From Candidatus Methylomirabilia bacterium (GTDB lineage Bacteria > Methylomirabilota > Methylomirabilia > Rokubacteriales > CSP1-6), in assembly GCA_041496385.1 (NCBI GenBank), contig JBGQEL010000049.1, positions 1-28,952 on the forward strand: a DNA stretch of 28,952 nucleotides, read 5' to 3'. The position numbers and the translations under genes are program-made. The notes below the pieces were generated by a model. It had not been told where the DNA came from and did no database searches. It saw nothing but the letters and a program-made list of their open reading frames with translations. Of this stretch, positions 18,155-26,234 are shown piece by piece. Positions within the stretch are counted from its first letter, which is position 1. Every line of letters starts with the position of its first letter.

Positions 18155-20632
18155 TCAGCGCTCGCGGAAGGCGAATATCACGGGGAAGCAGGCGACCAGC
18201 GCGGCCAGGGTCGCGAGCCCCCAGTCGTCGAGATGGAGCGGCGTGACGTGGAGCAGGCGCGCGAGCGCGGGCGTCTGCAGGAGGATGAGCGAGAGCGCCC
18301 CGGTGGACGCGACGACGGCCCGCGACGTCCAGGTGCCGAGGCGGCTCAGCACGGCCGTGAGGACGGCGCTCGAGAGCGTGAGCACCGCCAGCGCCATCGC
18401 GCGGCCGTGCTCGACTCCTCCGTGCTCCGCGGCGCTTCCCAGATACCCCACGACGACGAAGGCGGTGACGAGCGCCCCCGCCATGCCGATGACGAGCCAG
18501 TCGCGGCGGCCGAAGAAGCGCGCCGGCCCACCGGCGGCGCGGGGCACGAGCCGCTCGGTCGCGGGCAGTTCCTGGAAGACGAGCAGCGCCGTTGGATGGA
18601 TGATCATCTCGAGCCACACGATGTGGATCGGCAGGTAGAGCAGGGGAAAGCCGGCCAGCGGCACGAACGCCGCGGTCACGACCAGCGGGATGTGGATCAC
18701 GAGCAGGTAGAAGAAGCTCAGCTGGAGGTTCCGGAAGAGCTGGCGGCCCTCCCCGACGGCGCGCACGATCGTGCGGAAGTTGTCGTCGAGGAGGACGATC
18801 GAGGCGACCTCGCGCGCGCTGCGCGTCCCCCGCTCCCCCATCGCGATACCGACGTCCGCCGCCTGGAGCGCCGGCACGTCGTTGACGCCATCGCCCGTCA
18901 CGGCCACGATCTCGCCGGCCGCCTGGAGCGCCCGCACCAGCGCGAGCTTCTGCGCGGGCGCCGCACGCGCGATCACGTCCACCCCGCGGAGCGAGGGGCC
19001 CTCGCCGCGCGCCACGCGTGCCTCGACCTCGTCACCCACGACGACGACGGGCTCCCTACCCCCGAGGCCGATCTCGCGCGCGACGGCGCGCGCGGTGAGC
19101 GGGTGGTCACCGGTCACCATGATCGTGTGGATCTCGCCCTCCCGACAGCGCGCCACCGCCTGCGCGACGCCCTCGCGTACCGGATCCTCGAAGGCCAGCA
19201 ATCCGGCGACGCGGTACCCGTGGTCGAGCTCGCCGCCGGACCAGGCCGCGGCGTCGAGTCTGCGCCACGCGCACGCAATGACCTTGTGGCCCTCGGCGGC
19301 GAGCCCGGTCATCCGCCGGATCCAGGTCTCCAGCTCGGCCGGGGAAAGCGTGCACGTGGCGAGCACGGTCTCCGCGGCGCCCTTGGCTACGGCAACGAGC
19401 GTCCCGTCGGGCGCACGCCCGATCGCGCTCTCACGCCGGCGCCCCTCGGTGAACGGGAACGTTGCGAGCAGCTCGACCGACGCGCCGCCCGAGGGGTCGC
19501 CACCGGCGGCGGCGAGAACCGCCGCGTCCAGAGGATCGCCGCTCGAATGACGCGAGGCGAGCGCGGCGTAGAAGAGGAGCCGTCCCTCGTCGAGGTCGGC
19601 CGCCGGGAGCAGATGGGTGAGCGCGAGACGTCCCTCGGTGATCGTGCCCGTCTTGTCCGAGCATATGACCGAGACGCGACCGATGTTCTCGACGGAGACC
19701 GCGCGACGGACGAGGGCTCGGCGCCGCGCGAGCCGGTAGACGCCGACGCCGAGGAAGAAGGTGAAGACCACGGGGAACTCCTCCGGCAGGGCGGCCGTCG
19801 CGAGCGTCATGGCGCTCACGAGCGCGTCCAGCCAGCCGTGGCCCTGCCACCACCGCGTGATGGCCATGACGAGGCAGATGACGGAGGCGACCGCGATCAG
19901 CGCGTTGACGAGATTGCGGATCGCCCCCTGGAGCGGCGTGAGGCCGCGCGAACCACGCACCGCCGAACGCACGATCTCACCGTAGATCGTCTCGCCGCCC
20001 GTGAACGCCACCCGCAGGGACGCGCGGCCCGTGAGCAGGCGCGTGCCCGCGAAGCCCCAGTGTTCGTGCGCGACGAGCGGCTCGGCCTGGCCGCCCGGGA
20101 CACCCGCCAGCGGGATCTTGGGCACCGGATAGGCCTCACCCGTGAGCGCCGACTCGTCCACCTGCGCGCCGGCGCCCGCCACCACGAGGCCGTCGGCCGG
20201 GAACGGCTCGCCCGCCCCGACGACGGCGAGATCGCCCGGTACGAGCTCGGGCGCGGCGACCTCGCGCGCGTGCCCGTCGCGGACGACGCGCGCGGTGGTG
20301 GCGAGGCGGCTCTGGAGGCCCTCGGTGGATGCCTGCGTGCGCCGGTGAAGAAAGACGTCCATGCCCACGAGCGGGACGATCGCGACGAGGAGCGTGAGCG
20401 CTTCCGCGCCCTGACCGACGAGCGCGTAGATCGCGCTCGTGCTGGCGAGGAACCAGATCATCGGATCCTTCGCCGTGTCGCGGGCCAGGTCGCGCCACGC
20501 CCGTGGGGGCGCTTCGACGATCTCGTTCCGGCCGAAGCGCCGACGGCGCTCGTCGGCGTCGGCCGCCGAGAGTCCGCGCTCGGCCAGCCAGTCGTCACCG
20601 AGCCGCGAGATGGGAACGGAGCGACGCATCAT
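18155..20632 (-). CDS. Cation-transporting P-type ATPase (P2-type)
   Basis: VDESALTGE, ALPEEFP, CSDKTGT phosphorylation site, TGDH, GDGVNDVPAL and LLDDNF. Start at ATGATG 20632/20629. Confidence 0.9.
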   Translation of the reverse strand: MMRRSVPISRLGDDWLAERGLSAADADERRRRFGRNEIVEAPPRAWRDLARDTAKDPMIWFLASTSAIYALVGQGAEALTLLVAIVPLVGMDVFLHRRTQASTEGLQSRLATTARVVRDGHAREVAAPELVPGDLAVVGAGEPFPADGLVVAGAGAQVDESALTGEAYPVPKIPLAGVPGGQAEPLVAHEHWGFAGTRLLTGRASLRVAFTGGETIYGEIVRSAVRGSRGLTPLQGAIRNLVNALIAVASVICLVMAITRWWQGHGWLDALVSAMTLATAALPEEFPVVFTFFLGVGVYRLARRRALVRRAVSVENIGRVSVICSDKTGTITEGRLALTHLLPAADLDEGRLLFYAALASRHSSGDPLDAAVLAAAGGDPSGGASVELLATFPFTEGRRRESAIGRAPDGTLVAVAKGAAETVLATCTLSPAELETWIRRMTGLAAEGHKVIACAWRRLDAAAWSGGELDHGYRVAGLLAFEDPVREGVAQAVARCREGEIHTIMVTGDHPLTARAVAREIGLGGREPVVVVGDEVEARVARGEGPSLRGVDVIARAAPAQKLALVRALQAAGEIVAVTGDGVNDVPALQAADVGIAMGERGTRSAREVASIVLLDDNFRTIVRAVGEGRQLFRNLQLSFFYLLVIHIPLVVTAAFVPLAGFPLLYLPIHIVWLEMIIHPTALLVFQELPATERLVPRAAGGPARFFGRRDWLVIGMAGALVTAFVVVGYLGSAAEHGGVEHGRAMALAVLTLSSAVLTAVLSRLGTWTSRAVVASTGALSLILLQTPALARLLHVTPLHLDDWGLATLAALVACFPVIFAFRER

Positions 20633-20673
20633 CGGCGGGGAGCCTCGCGCCGCTGAACCGCGGTGGTCCGGGG

Positions 20674-21339
20674 CTAGAGCAACCGGTGTTTGTTGGCGTA
20701 CGCGACCGCCTCGAGGCGGCTGTGCACGCCGAGCTTGCCGAAGATGTTCTGCACGTGGTTCCGGATCGTCGCCGGGCTCACGTGGAGCCGTTCGGCGGCG
20801 CGGGCCGTGTTGATCCCCTGGCCCATGAGACGCAGCACCTCGAGCTCGCGGCGCGTGAGCGTGCCGGCGGCCCCGGCCTGCTCGCCGTCCGGCGAGGGCG
20901 GCGCGAGCCGTTCGTGGACCATGGACAGCAGCTCCTTCGTCGCGGTGACGTCGCGGAAGAGGTGCACCGTGAGCGGTCCGCCCCGGTCGTTCCCGGACAG
21001 GGCGAGGATCGAGATGTTGAGCCAGACGGGCTTGCCCCCCTTGCCGCGGGTGCGCATGTCGAAGCTCTGGATCGGCTCCCCCATCTTCACGAGATTCTGG
21101 ACGTGGCAGCCCTGGTAGCAGAGCCGGTTGTCGTCGTCGTCGCGGCCGACGAACACGTCGCAGCAGAGCCGTTCCATCACCTCGCGCGCGCCGTGGCCGA
21201 GGATGCGCTCGGCCGCGCGATTCCACAGGAGGATGCGGCCGTCGGGTCCGACCACGCATGCGCCGTCGCCGGAGCGCGCCAGCGCTTGCTCGAGCGCGGT
21301 ATCACCGAGGGGTGACATTGCCTGTACGGCCTCGCGCAT
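20674..21339 (-). CDS. PAS domain + LuxR-type HTH regulator with a Cys-rich PAS
   Basis: PAS (DGRILLWNRAAERILG) containing CC-x13-C-x3-C, and a LuxR HTH LTRRELEVLRLMGQG...AERLHVSPATIRNHVQNIFGKLGVHSR. Confidence 0.88.
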   Translation of the reverse strand: MREAVQAMSPLGDTALEQALARSGDGACVVGPDGRILLWNRAAERILGHGAREVMERLCCDVFVGRDDDDNRLCYQGCHVQNLVKMGEPIQSFDMRTRGKGGKPVWLNISILALSGNDRGGPLTVHLFRDVTATKELLSMVHERLAPPSPDGEQAGAAGTLTRRELEVLRLMGQGINTARAAERLHVSPATIRNHVQNIFGKLGVHSRLEAVAYANKHRLL

Positions 21340-21370
21340 GGCGTTTGGCCCTCCCGAAGCTCAAGCGAGG

Positions 21371-21386
21371 TGCGATGTCTGTGCCA
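21371..21386 (-). promoter_or_regulatory. Sigma-54 (-24/-12) promoter for PAS-LuxR and the P-type ATPase
   Basis: Minus strand TGGCAC-AGACA-TCGCA, about 30 nt upstream of the ATG. Confidence 0.72.
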
Positions 21387-21449
21387 TCGGGAGGCGGGCG
21401 CCTTTTCATATGGTTGCGCGCCGCGCGCGCGGCGCCAGGGCTCGCGGAG

Positions 21450-21486
21450 TGGGGCCGCACAGTCCCAATGCTCGATTCTCGCCCCA
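21450..21486. promoter_or_regulatory. Putative tandem enhancer (UAS) sites
   Basis: TGGGGC-N6-GTCCCA at 21450-21467, plus a second half-site GCCCCA at 21481-21486 at 19-bp periodicity. Confidence 0.55.
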
Positions 21487-21494
21487 CCCACGCC

Positions 21495-22562
21495 TCACGA
21501 GACGACGGGCGCGTAGGCGCAGAGCGGGTCCTCGCCCATGAAGTCGCCGCTGGCCGCGTAGGCGCGCGCGCGGGAGCCGCCGCAGAGCGTGCGGTACTCG
21601 CATCGGCCGCACCGGCCGTGGAAACGCTCGGGCTCGCGGAGCGCGCGGAAGATCGACGCCTCGCGGTAGATCTCCGCCACGTTGCCCGCGCGGGCGTTGC
21701 CTGCCGCGAGCGGCAGGAACCCCGAGGGCGTCACGTCGCCGTTCGCGGCGATGAACATGATCCCATTGCCGTCGCGGATCCCGAAGCTCCGGGCGATCGG
21801 GCTCTCGCGGATCTCGCGGCCCGTGCGGCCCGCGGCCCGCAGGACGTCGACGAGCACCCGGCGGTAGTGGGGCGCCTCGGTCGTCGTCACGGTGAACGGC
21901 CACGCGGACGTGCGGCGGGCGAGCCAGCGGAGCGTGCGCTCGCACTCGGCCGCCGAGAGCGGCTGGAGCGTCTTCCCGCGCCCCACCGAGATCAGGAAGA
22001 AGAGGCTCCAGCGCTGGGCGCCGATTTGCTGGACGACCTTCGCCGTCTCCTCCAGATCGGGCTCGGTCTCGGCCGTGACCAGCGTGTTGAGCTGCAGCGG
22101 GATCCCCGCGGCCACGACGCGCTGCGCGGCGACGAGCGTCCAGCCGAAGCAGCCGAGGACGCCACGCAGCCCGTCGTGCCTGGCGGGGCTCGAGCCGTCG
22201 AGCGACAGCGACATGGCGCTCACCCCGGCCGCTCGGAACGCCTGGACGGCCTCGAGCGTCAGCGCCCGGGTCGCGGTCGGCGCGAGGGAGACGCCCAGGC
22301 CGAGCCCCGTACCGTAGCGCACGAGGTCCAGGAGATCCGGACGCTTGAGCGGATCGCCGCCCGTGAACACCACGTGGGGCGCAGGCGGTCCCGCGCCCGC
22401 GAGCTCGCGGAGGACGCGCTCGCACTCCCGCGTGCTCAGCTCGTCGCGCGCGCGCGCCGGCACCGCCTCGGCACGGCAGTGGCGGCACGCAAGGTCGCAA
22501 GCGCGCGTGAGCTCCCAGTAGACCCGCGCGGGGGCCAGGCCGTACCCCTCGGCGCCCATCAT
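21495..22562 (-). CDS. Radical SAM/SPASM protein (TIGR04053-like; NirJ/AhbD/PqqE-related)
   Basis: VYWELTRACDLACRHC (CxxxCxxC), FTGGDPL, SLDG, TTEAPHYRR, GDVTPSGFLP and C-terminal CGRCEYRTLCGGSRARAY...DPLC. The ATG overlaps the gltA stop. Confidence 0.85.
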   Translation of the reverse strand: MMGAEGYGLAPARVYWELTRACDLACRHCRAEAVPARARDELSTRECERVLRELAGAGPPAPHVVFTGGDPLKRPDLLDLVRYGTGLGLGVSLAPTATRALTLEAVQAFRAAGVSAMSLSLDGSSPARHDGLRGVLGCFGWTLVAAQRVVAAGIPLQLNTLVTAETEPDLEETAKVVQQIGAQRWSLFFLISVGRGKTLQPLSAAECERTLRWLARRTSAWPFTVTTTEAPHYRRVLVDVLRAAGRTGREIRESPIARSFGIRDGNGIMFIAANGDVTPSGFLPLAAGNARAGNVAEIYREASIFRALREPERFHGRCGRCEYRTLCGGSRARAYAASGDFMGEDPLCAYAPVVS

Positions 22563-23848
22563 CGCTTCGCCATCGGCACGAACTCGCGGCGTGTTGGCCC
22601 CGTGTAGATCTGCCGCGGGCGCGCGATCTTCTGCTCCCCATCGCCCAGCATTTCCTGCCACTGGGCCAGCCAGCCGACGGTCCGCGGGATCGCGAAGAGC
22701 ACCGGGAACATCTCGACGGGGAAGCCGAGCGCCTCGTAGATGAGTCCCGAGTAGAAGTCCACGTTCGGATAGAGCTTGCGCGAGACGAAGTAGTCGTCCT
22801 GGAGCGCGATGCGCTCGAGCTCCCGCGCGATCTGCAGCAGCGGGCTCGGCCGCGTGACGGCGAACACCTCGTCGGCCATCCGCTTGATGATCGTCGCGCG
22901 CGGGTCGTAGTTCTTGTAGACGCGGTGGCCGAAGCCCATCAGCTTCGCCTCGCCCGCCTTCACCTGCCGGATGAACTCGGGCACCCGCGCGATGGACCCC
23001 ACCGCGCGGAGCATCCGGAGCACCGCCTCGTTGGCGCCGCCGTGGAGGGGCCCGTAGAGCGCCGCCGCGGCACCGGCGAGCGCCGAGTATGGATCCACGC
23101 CCGAGGAGCCGACCGCGCGCATGGCGTTCGCGGAGCAGTTCTGCTCGTGGTCGGCGTGGAGGATGAACAGCACGTCGAGCGCGCGCTCGATCGCCGGATC
23201 GGGCTTGTACTTGAGCTCGGTCGTCCTGAACAGCATGTTGAGGAAGTTCCCGACGTACGAGAGGTCGTTGTCCGGGTACGCGTACGGCTGCCCGAGGATG
23301 TGCCGGTACGCGAACGCCGCGATCGTCGGCGCCTTGGCGATGAGGCGGAAGATCTGGAGGTCGCGGTGGCCCGCGTCGTGGTTCACCTTCGCGTCCGGGT
23401 AGAAGGTCGACAGGGCCGCCACCGTCGAGATGAACATGCCCATGGGATGCGCGTCGTGGTGGAAGCCGTCCATGAACTTCTTCACGTTCTCGTGCACCCA
23501 CGTGTGGTGGGTGACCTGCCACGTCCAGTCGTCGAGCACCTTCTGCGCCGGCAGCTCCCCGCGCAGCAGGAGGTACGCCACCTCCAGGAACGTCGCGCGC
23601 TCGGCGAGCTGGTCGATAGGGTAGCCGCGGTACCAGAGGATCCCCTTGTCGCCGTCGATGAAGGTGATCGCGCTCCGGGTCGAGGCCGTGTTCATGAACG
23701 CGGGATCGTAGGCGAGCAGGCCGAAATCGTCGGACCCCGTCTTGATCCGACGCAGGTCCATGGCGCGGATGGCGCCGTCGGCCACGGGAATCTCGTACGT
23801 CTTGCCCGTCCGGTTGTCGGTGATCGTCAGCGAGCTCTTGTCACTCAT
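22559..23848 (-). CDS. gltA: Citrate synthase
   Basis: YDPAFMNTAS, DGDKGILWYRGYPI, ILHADHEQN, LYGPLHGGANE, LMGFGHRVYKNYDPRA and YPNVDFYSG. GGAGG RBS before the ATG at 23848. Confidence 0.95.
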   Translation of the reverse strand: MSDKSSLTITDNRTGKTYEIPVADGAIRAMDLRRIKTGSDDFGLLAYDPAFMNTASTRSAITFIDGDKGILWYRGYPIDQLAERATFLEVAYLLLRGELPAQKVLDDWTWQVTHHTWVHENVKKFMDGFHHDAHPMGMFISTVAALSTFYPDAKVNHDAGHRDLQIFRLIAKAPTIAAFAYRHILGQPYAYPDNDLSYVGNFLNMLFRTTELKYKPDPAIERALDVLFILHADHEQNCSANAMRAVGSSGVDPYSALAGAAAALYGPLHGGANEAVLRMLRAVGSIARVPEFIRQVKAGEAKLMGFGHRVYKNYDPRATIIKRMADEVFAVTRPSPLLQIARELERIALQDDYFVSRKLYPNVDFYSGLIYEALGFPVEMFPVLFAIPRTVGWLAQWQEMLGDGEQKIARPRQIYTGPTRREFVPMAKR

Positions 23849-24081
23849 GAAACTACCTCCATCTCGCGCCAGCGTCGGTACGTGGCGCAGCCGTGATGGC
23901 AGCCGTTCGTGCAGAACCAGGCAAGCTCGTCGGCCGAGGGGGCGCGGGCGGGTCCGCGGCGGAGCCCGCAGGCCGCGCCGTGCGGGTATGTGCCGTCGGG
24001 TCCGTCGTGGACGGTCTGGAGGAACGGACACGTCGCGATATCGGCCCAGCGCGGCGCGGCCTGCCGGGCGGGCGCGTTCAC
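23845..24081 (-). CDS. 78-aa Cys/His-rich hypothetical protein
   Basis: MNAPARQAAPRWADIATCPFLQ...AACGLRR...PSADELAWFCTNGCHHGCATYRRW, with 5 Cys. The GTG start overlaps the upstream stop (GTGA) and its own stop overlaps the gltA ATG. Confidence 0.65.
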   Translation of the reverse strand: MNAPARQAAPRWADIATCPFLQTVHDGPDGTYPHGAACGLRRGPARAPSADELAWFCTNGCHHGCATYRRWREMEVVS

Positions 24082-24176
24082 GCGTGGATCTCCACGAGCC
24101 GGATCCGGACCTTTCCCGCGTCCCCCCACCCCTCGGCGGCGGAGTCGGTCGGTTTCTCGCGATCCAGCGCGATCAT
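24078..24176 (-). CDS. 32-aa peptide, first ORF after a sigma-54 promoter
   Basis: MIALDREKPTDSAAEGWGDAGKVRIRLVEIHA. RBS GGGAGGA 4 nt before the ATG. Its stop is coupled to the next start. Confidence 0.55.
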   Translation of the reverse strand: MIALDREKPTDSAAEGWGDAGKVRIRLVEIHA

Positions 24177-24212
24177 GCTGTCCTCCCGACGACGTGTGTC
24201 CTCCCGAGGCAT

Positions 24213-24228
24213 CGCAAGGCGCGTGCCA
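24213..24228 (-). promoter_or_regulatory. Sigma-54 (-24/-12) promoter for the peptide/Cys-protein/gltA/radical SAM unit
   Basis: Minus strand TGGCAC-GCGCC-TTGCG, a perfect GG-N10-GC consensus in an intergenic region. IHF-like AATCACGGCGTTT lies upstream. Confidence 0.8.
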
Positions 24229-24278
24229 CGCGGATGCGCGGGAACGCCCACCAAACGCCGTGATTTCGTGGTGTCCCC

Positions 24279-24317
24279 GGGGGATGCGCGGCCCGGGCGG
24301 GCGGCATGGACGCCCCA
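24279..24317. promoter_or_regulatory. Degenerate putative enhancer sites
   Basis: GGCGGC-ATGGAC-GCCCCA at 24300-24317 shares GGACGCCCC with the 28881 site. A weaker copy lies at 24279-24296. Confidence 0.4.
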
Positions 24318-24339
24318 GCGAGGACCGGCCACCACACCG

Positions 24340-24711
24340 TCACGGGCTGCGCCGCCCCACCGCCTGCTCGACGAGGGCGTCGAACGCGGAGGTCGAGAAG
24401 GGCTTGCTCAGGTACGCCGAGGCTCCCGCCGCGAGGGCGGCCGCACGGCTCGCCTCGGAGGCGAAGCCGGTCACGACGACGACGGGAATCGGCGCCGGCT
24501 GCCGCCGCGCTTCCCGGACGACGTCGAGCCCGTCACCGTCGGGGAGCCGCAGGTCGGAGATGACGAGGCTGAGCGCCTCGCGCGCGATGACGTCCAGCGC
24601 CTCGCGGCGCGTCCGGGCGGCGATCAGGCCGTAGCCCAGACGCCGCAGCAGCCGCTCGTAGCTCGCGACGAGGTCCGCCTCGTCCTCGACCACCAAAACG
24701 AGATTCGCCAT
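24340..24711 (-). CDS. Stand-alone response regulator receiver domain
   Basis: VLVVEDE, ISDLRLPDGDG (phospho-Asp), VVVVTG and YLSKPF. Confidence 0.9.
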   Translation of the reverse strand: MANLVLVVEDEADLVASYERLLRRLGYGLIAARTRREALDVIAREALSLVISDLRLPDGDGLDVVREARRQPAPIPVVVVTGFASEASRAAALAAGASAYLSKPFSTSAFDALVEQAVGRRSP

Positions 24712-24717
24712 CGGCGC

Positions 24718-25125
24718 CTATCCACCCTTCACGAACGCCCGGAGCAGATCGGTCTCCGTGATGATCCCGACGAGGCGTCCATGGTCGACCACCGGCAGCG
24801 CGCCGATCGTGTGGTCGAGGAGGATCTGCGCCGCTTCGCGGGGCTCGCGCCCGGACTCGATCGTGAGCACGTTCTTGGTCATCACCGTGCCCACGGTCAT
24901 CCGGGCGAGCAGGTAGTTGATCTCCCAGACGGACAGGCTCGTCGCCGGCGAAGGCAGGTTCAGGCGGATGTCCCGATCGGTCACGATCCCGACCAGCCCG
25001 GGGCCGTCGGTGACGAGCAGGTGCCGGATGCGCTTCTCGACCATGAGCTGCCGTGCCTCCAGCACGGGCGTCGTGGGCGACACGGTCACGCAGGAGACGG
25101 TCATGAGGTCGCGGACTTGCGTCAT
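24718..25125 (-). CDS. CBS-domain pair protein (AcuB/Hrp1-like)
   Basis: VRDLMT, IRHLLV, LVGIVTDRDI, ATSLSVWEINYLL, IGALPVVD and GIITETD. Confidence 0.88.
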   Translation of the reverse strand: MTQVRDLMTVSCVTVSPTTPVLEARQLMVEKRIRHLLVTDGPGLVGIVTDRDIRLNLPSPATSLSVWEINYLLARMTVGTVMTKNVLTIESGREPREAAQILLDHTIGALPVVDHGRLVGIITETDLLRAFVKGG

Positions 25126-26234
25126 CGTGATTCCCTCCCGTGCAGGCGGTTGGCGAGGCGGAGCACGTCCTCCACCGCGCTCCAGACGTCTTGGACGTCG
25201 GTGTGCAGGACGAGGTCCGGATGCAGCGCGGGCTCGTAGTCGAGCACGATCTCGGGAGCCGCCGTCGCGACGGAGGACGCCACCCGCCGGTGTCCGCCCT
25301 CGGCCAGGCCCCAGCGCGTCGCGCGCTCGCGCGTGCCGCAGACCTCCGGCGGGCACACGAGCTGGACCTCGGCGAAACGCGCGATCAGGTCCCGGGCCAG
25401 CTCGCGCCAGGCACGGCGCGGCGCGGTTGCGTCCACGATGACCGCGACGCCGGCCTCGGCGAGGAGCTTCGCCGTGTAGACGAGCGCGCGGTGGACGATG
25501 TCGCGTGCCGCGTCGGACTCGGGGCGGCCGCCGAGCAGGGCGCGGCCCAGTTCCGCGAGGCCGAGCACGCGGACCGCCACGCCGCGCGCGGCCAGCGCCT
25601 CGGCGGCGCTCCAGGCGATCGTGGTCTTGCCGCTGCCCGGCAGCCCCGTGATCCAGATGGCCCACCGCCGGGCGCGACCCGTCTCGGGTACCGGGGGTTC
25701 CGCGCCGAGGACCTGCGCGAGCGCGACGATGCGCGCGATCGCCGCATCCGGATCCTCGGTCGCGGTGTCGATCGTGAGCTCCGGGGCTCGCGCCTCCTCG
25801 TAGGGCACGTCCACGCCCGGTACCGCGGCGCCCGGCCGGCCCGCGTGCGCGTAGATTCCGCGCGGCGCGTTGCCCGAGGTCCGCGCCCGCTCGCGGGTCC
25901 GGCAGACGTCGAGCGGGCACACGAGCTGGACCTCGGCGAAACGCGCGATGGCGGTGCGCGCGAGATCGCGCCATTCGCGGCGGTGGCCGGTCGCGTCGAT
26001 GATCACGGGCACGCCGGCGTCCGCGAGAGCCGTCGCCATGTACGCGAGCGCCCGGTAGACGATGTCGCGCTCGGTCGCCGAGTAGGTCGGCGCGGGCGTG
26101 AGCACTCGCCGGATGCGGTCGAGCTCGAGAACCATCGCGGGCGCGCCCAGCGCCTCGAGCCGCGCGGCCGCCCCGCGGGCGAGCACGGACTTGCCGCTGC
26201 CCGGCAGCCCCGTGATCCAGATCGCCCAGCTCAT
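25122..26234 (-). CDS. Tandem adenylyl-sulfate-kinase-like (P-loop) domain protein
   Basis: Two repeats, each with WAIWITGLPGSGK[ST], VI[IV]DAT, WR.LAR, FAEVQLVCP..VC..RER and YE....P.L. Confidence 0.8.
   Translation of the reverse strand: MSWAIWITGLPGSGKSVLARGAAARLEALGAPAMVLELDRIRRVLTPAPTYSATERDIVYRALAYMATALADAGVPVIIDATGHRREWRDLARTAIARFAEVQLVCPLDVCRTRERARTSGNAPRGIYAHAGRPGAAVPGVDVPYEEARAPELTIDTATEDPDAAIARIVALAQVLGAEPPVPETGRARRWAIWITGLPGSGKTTIAWSAAEALAARGVAVRVLGLAELGRALLGGRPESDAARDIVHRALVYTAKLLAEAGVAVIVDATAPRRAWRELARDLIARFAEVQLVCPPEVCGTRERATRWGLAEGGHRRVASSVATAAPEIVLDYEPALHPDLVLHTDVQDVWSAVEDVLRLANRLHGRESR
25349..25949. repeat. Identical 37-bp direct repeat between the two kinase domains
   Basis: GCGGGCACACGAGCTGGACCTCGGCGAAACGCGCGAT at 25349-25385 and 25913-25949. 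A second identical 33-bp pair lies at 25626-25658 and 26190-26222. Both pairs are offset by 564 bp. Confidence 0.85.

Noticed and set aside
11874..20656. Very long plus-strand ORFs (1058 aa at 11874-15050, 1083 aa at 17405-20656, and many others)
   Set aside because: They are antisense shadows of well-supported minus-strand genes in high-GC DNA. They are Arg/Gly/Ala-rich and carry no domain motifs.
21495..22562. pqqE or mycofactocin mftC assignment
   Set aside because: No pqqABCD or mftAB genes and no matching precursor motif. The TTEAPHYRR and CGGSR motifs fit a different SPASM subfamily.
12171..23522. Apparent giant fusions in the ORF track (1235-aa Mo enzyme, 804-aa BcrB, 1034-aa ATPase, 675-aa radical SAM)
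   Set aside because: The N-terminal extensions are off-frame reads through upstream genes. The true starts are marked by an RBS, an ATGA overlap or the point where recognisable domain sequence begins.
25122..26234. cysC (sulfate assimilation)
   Set aside because: The domains are divergent and duplicated, and no sulfate activation genes are nearby, so the symbol was withheld.
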